A DNA stretch of 64,000 nucleotides from Elusimicrobiota bacterium (GTDB taxonomy: Bacteria; Elusimicrobiota; Elusimicrobia; UBA1565), in the NCBI GenBank assembly GCA_043827405.1, contig JBDRPD010000083.1, forward strand, positions 13,572-77,571. Direction: 5' to 3'. The notes under the pieces are model-generated. The model had not been told where the DNA came from and did not search any database. It worked only from the letters and a program-made list of their open reading frames with translations. How positions within the stretch are numbered: the stretch's first letter is position 1; every line of letters begins with the position of its first letter. Of this stretch, positions 62,758 through 64,000 are shown in pieces. Both the position numbers and the translations under genes were made by a program.

Positions 62758-64000
62758 ATGCCCGAATATGATTTCGACGCTATCGTCGTAGGCGCCGGAC
62801 CCGCCGGTATTTCCGCCGCCATTACCATGGCCAAGGGCGGGCTCAAGGTCGTCGTTCTCGAGCGCGGGGAGTATCCCGGGGCCAAGAATGTCCAGGGAGC
62901 GGTGCTGTACTCGCAGATGCTCCATGAGATCATCCCCGAATTCTGGAAGGACCCCAAGTCCGCCATGGAGCGGCCGATCGTCGAGCAGAAGATATGCCTC
63001 ACCACCGAGGACTCCTGGCTGACGACCGCTTATCACTCCAAGAAGTTCCTGGAGGGCGTACCCAACTGCTACACCATCATCCGTACCCAGTTTGATCAGT
63101 GGTATGCGAGCAAGGCCGAGGAGGCCGGCGTCGAGGTCTACCCCGGCGTCAAGGTGGAGGACGTCCTGCGTGAGGACGGCAAGATCTGCGGCGTCAAAAT
63201 GACCGACGACGAGGTCCTGCGGGCGCCGGTGGTCATCGCCTGCGACGGCGTCAACTCGATCATCGCCCAGAAGGCGGGTTTCCGCGAGGAGCTTAAGCCC
63301 GCGGAAGTGGCCCTGGGCGCCAAGGAGGTGCTGGCCCTCGACGCCGGGAAGATCGAGGAGCGCTTCTGCCTGGAGAAGGGCGAAGGCGCTACCATGGAGA
63401 TGTTCGGCTCCACCACCTACGAGATGCTGGGCTACGTTTTTCTCTACACCAACAAGGAGTCTCTGGCGCTGGGCGTCGGCTGCAAGCTCACCGACTACCA
63501 GAAGACCGGCCTGCGGCCGTCCGAACATCTGGAGCTGGTCAAGAAGCACCCTTATATCAAGAAGCTCATCGAAGGCTCCAAGCCCCTCGAGTACTCGGCG
63601 CACCTGATCCCCGAGGGCGGCTACCATTCGATGCCGCCTTTGGCCAAGGACGGCTTTCTGGTCGCCGGCGACGCCGCGCAGATGGTCAACGCCGCCTTCC
63701 GCGAAGGCTCCAACCTCGCCATGACTTCCGGCATGCTCGCCGGACAGACCGTCATTGAGGCCAAGAAGGCGGAAGACTACAGCGAGGCGCAGCTGTCGTC
63801 CTATATCGACAAGCTGGAGGCTTCCTACGTGCTGCCCGATCTCGAAGAGGTCAAGGACCTGGAGAACCATATCGAGAACAGCGAGGGCTTCCTCGATTTC
63901 TACACCCGCTTGGCCTGCGCCATGGCGCATATGCGCTTCTCGTGCGACGGGCAGCCCAAGAAAGAACACTTCAAGAAGGCCATCGGCATGGTTAAAAAGC
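62758..64000 (+). CDS. fixC: FixC / ETF-quinone oxidoreductase-type flavoprotein, partial, runs off the window end
   Basis: Not in the ORF track (no stop in window). MPEYDFDAIVVGAGPAG, LERGEYPGAKN, ACDGVNS, EYSAHLIPEGG, VAGDAA, EGSNLAMTSG. Confidence 0.88.
   Translation, partial: MPEYDFDAIVVGAGPAGISAAITMAKGGLKVVVLERGEYPGAKNVQGAVLYSQMLHEIIPEFWKDPKSAMERPIVEQKICLTTEDSWLTTAYHSKKFLEGVPNCYTIIRTQFDQWYASKAEEAGVEVYPGVKVEDVLREDGKICGVKMTDDEVLRAPVVIACDGVNSIIAQKAGFREELKPAEVALGAKEVLALDAGKIEERFCLEKGEGATMEMFGSTTYEMLGYVFLYTNKESLALGVGCKLTDYQKTGLRPSEHLELVKKHPYIKKLIEGSKPLEYSAHLIPEGGYHSMPPLAKDGFLVAGDAAQMVNAAFREGSNLAMTSGMLAGQTVIEAKKAEDYSEAQLSSYIDKLEASYVLPDLEEVKDLENHIENSEGFLDFYTRLACAMAHMRFSCDGQPKKEHFKKAIGMVKK

Noticed and set aside
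1-64000. CRISPR arrays, rRNA, tRNA, transposases, prophage genes
   Set aside because: No regularly spaced direct repeats or recognisable sequences found by eye; the only tRNA-like ends belong to tmRNA.

Overview
GC-rich bacterial window with an AT-richer block at ~43.1-54.9 kb. The phylum cannot be fixed from sequence alone; an Elusimicrobiota-like lineage is a weak guess. About two thirds encodes surface-glycan chemistry. (1) A + strand operon (439-20499) with NDP-sugar epimerases, a cytidylyltransferase-PfkB fusion, three DegT aminotransferases, a HAD-phosphotransferase fusion, a split transketolase, two C-methyltransferases, a radical SAM/SPASM enzyme, a TIGR04372-type glycosyltransferase and an MsbA/PglK-type ABC exporter. 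(2) A GT2/GT-C membrane module (20477-26168). (3) An orphan 2-oxoacid dehydrogenase E1 alpha/beta pair followed by NoeA-like, RmlD and FkbM genes (26184-31437). (4) A nonulosonic acid (PseF/G/I-like) operon with an adenylation enzyme, ACP, SDR, WbqC and a class III aminotransferase. The rest holds tlyA, a receptor-like Ser/Thr kinase, tmRNA followed by two diguanylate cyclases and housekeeping genes, a radical SAM/GT2 pair, secreted Cys-rich proteins, plsC, a short tilS, a response regulator and a partial fixC. The best candidate for an undescribed system is 14480-15574. It looks like a dehydrogenase E2 subunit (lipoyl domain plus subunit-binding-like domain) whose catalytic domain is replaced by a PglD/NeuD-type hexapeptide sugar acyltransferase. 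It abuts a sugar aminotransferase, and an E1 alpha/beta pair without E2 lies in the same locus. This suggests CoA-independent, lipoyl-relayed acylation of a nucleotide amino sugar (inference). No CRISPR array, integrase or transposase was seen. Several starts were moved from the ORF track to better-supported codons.
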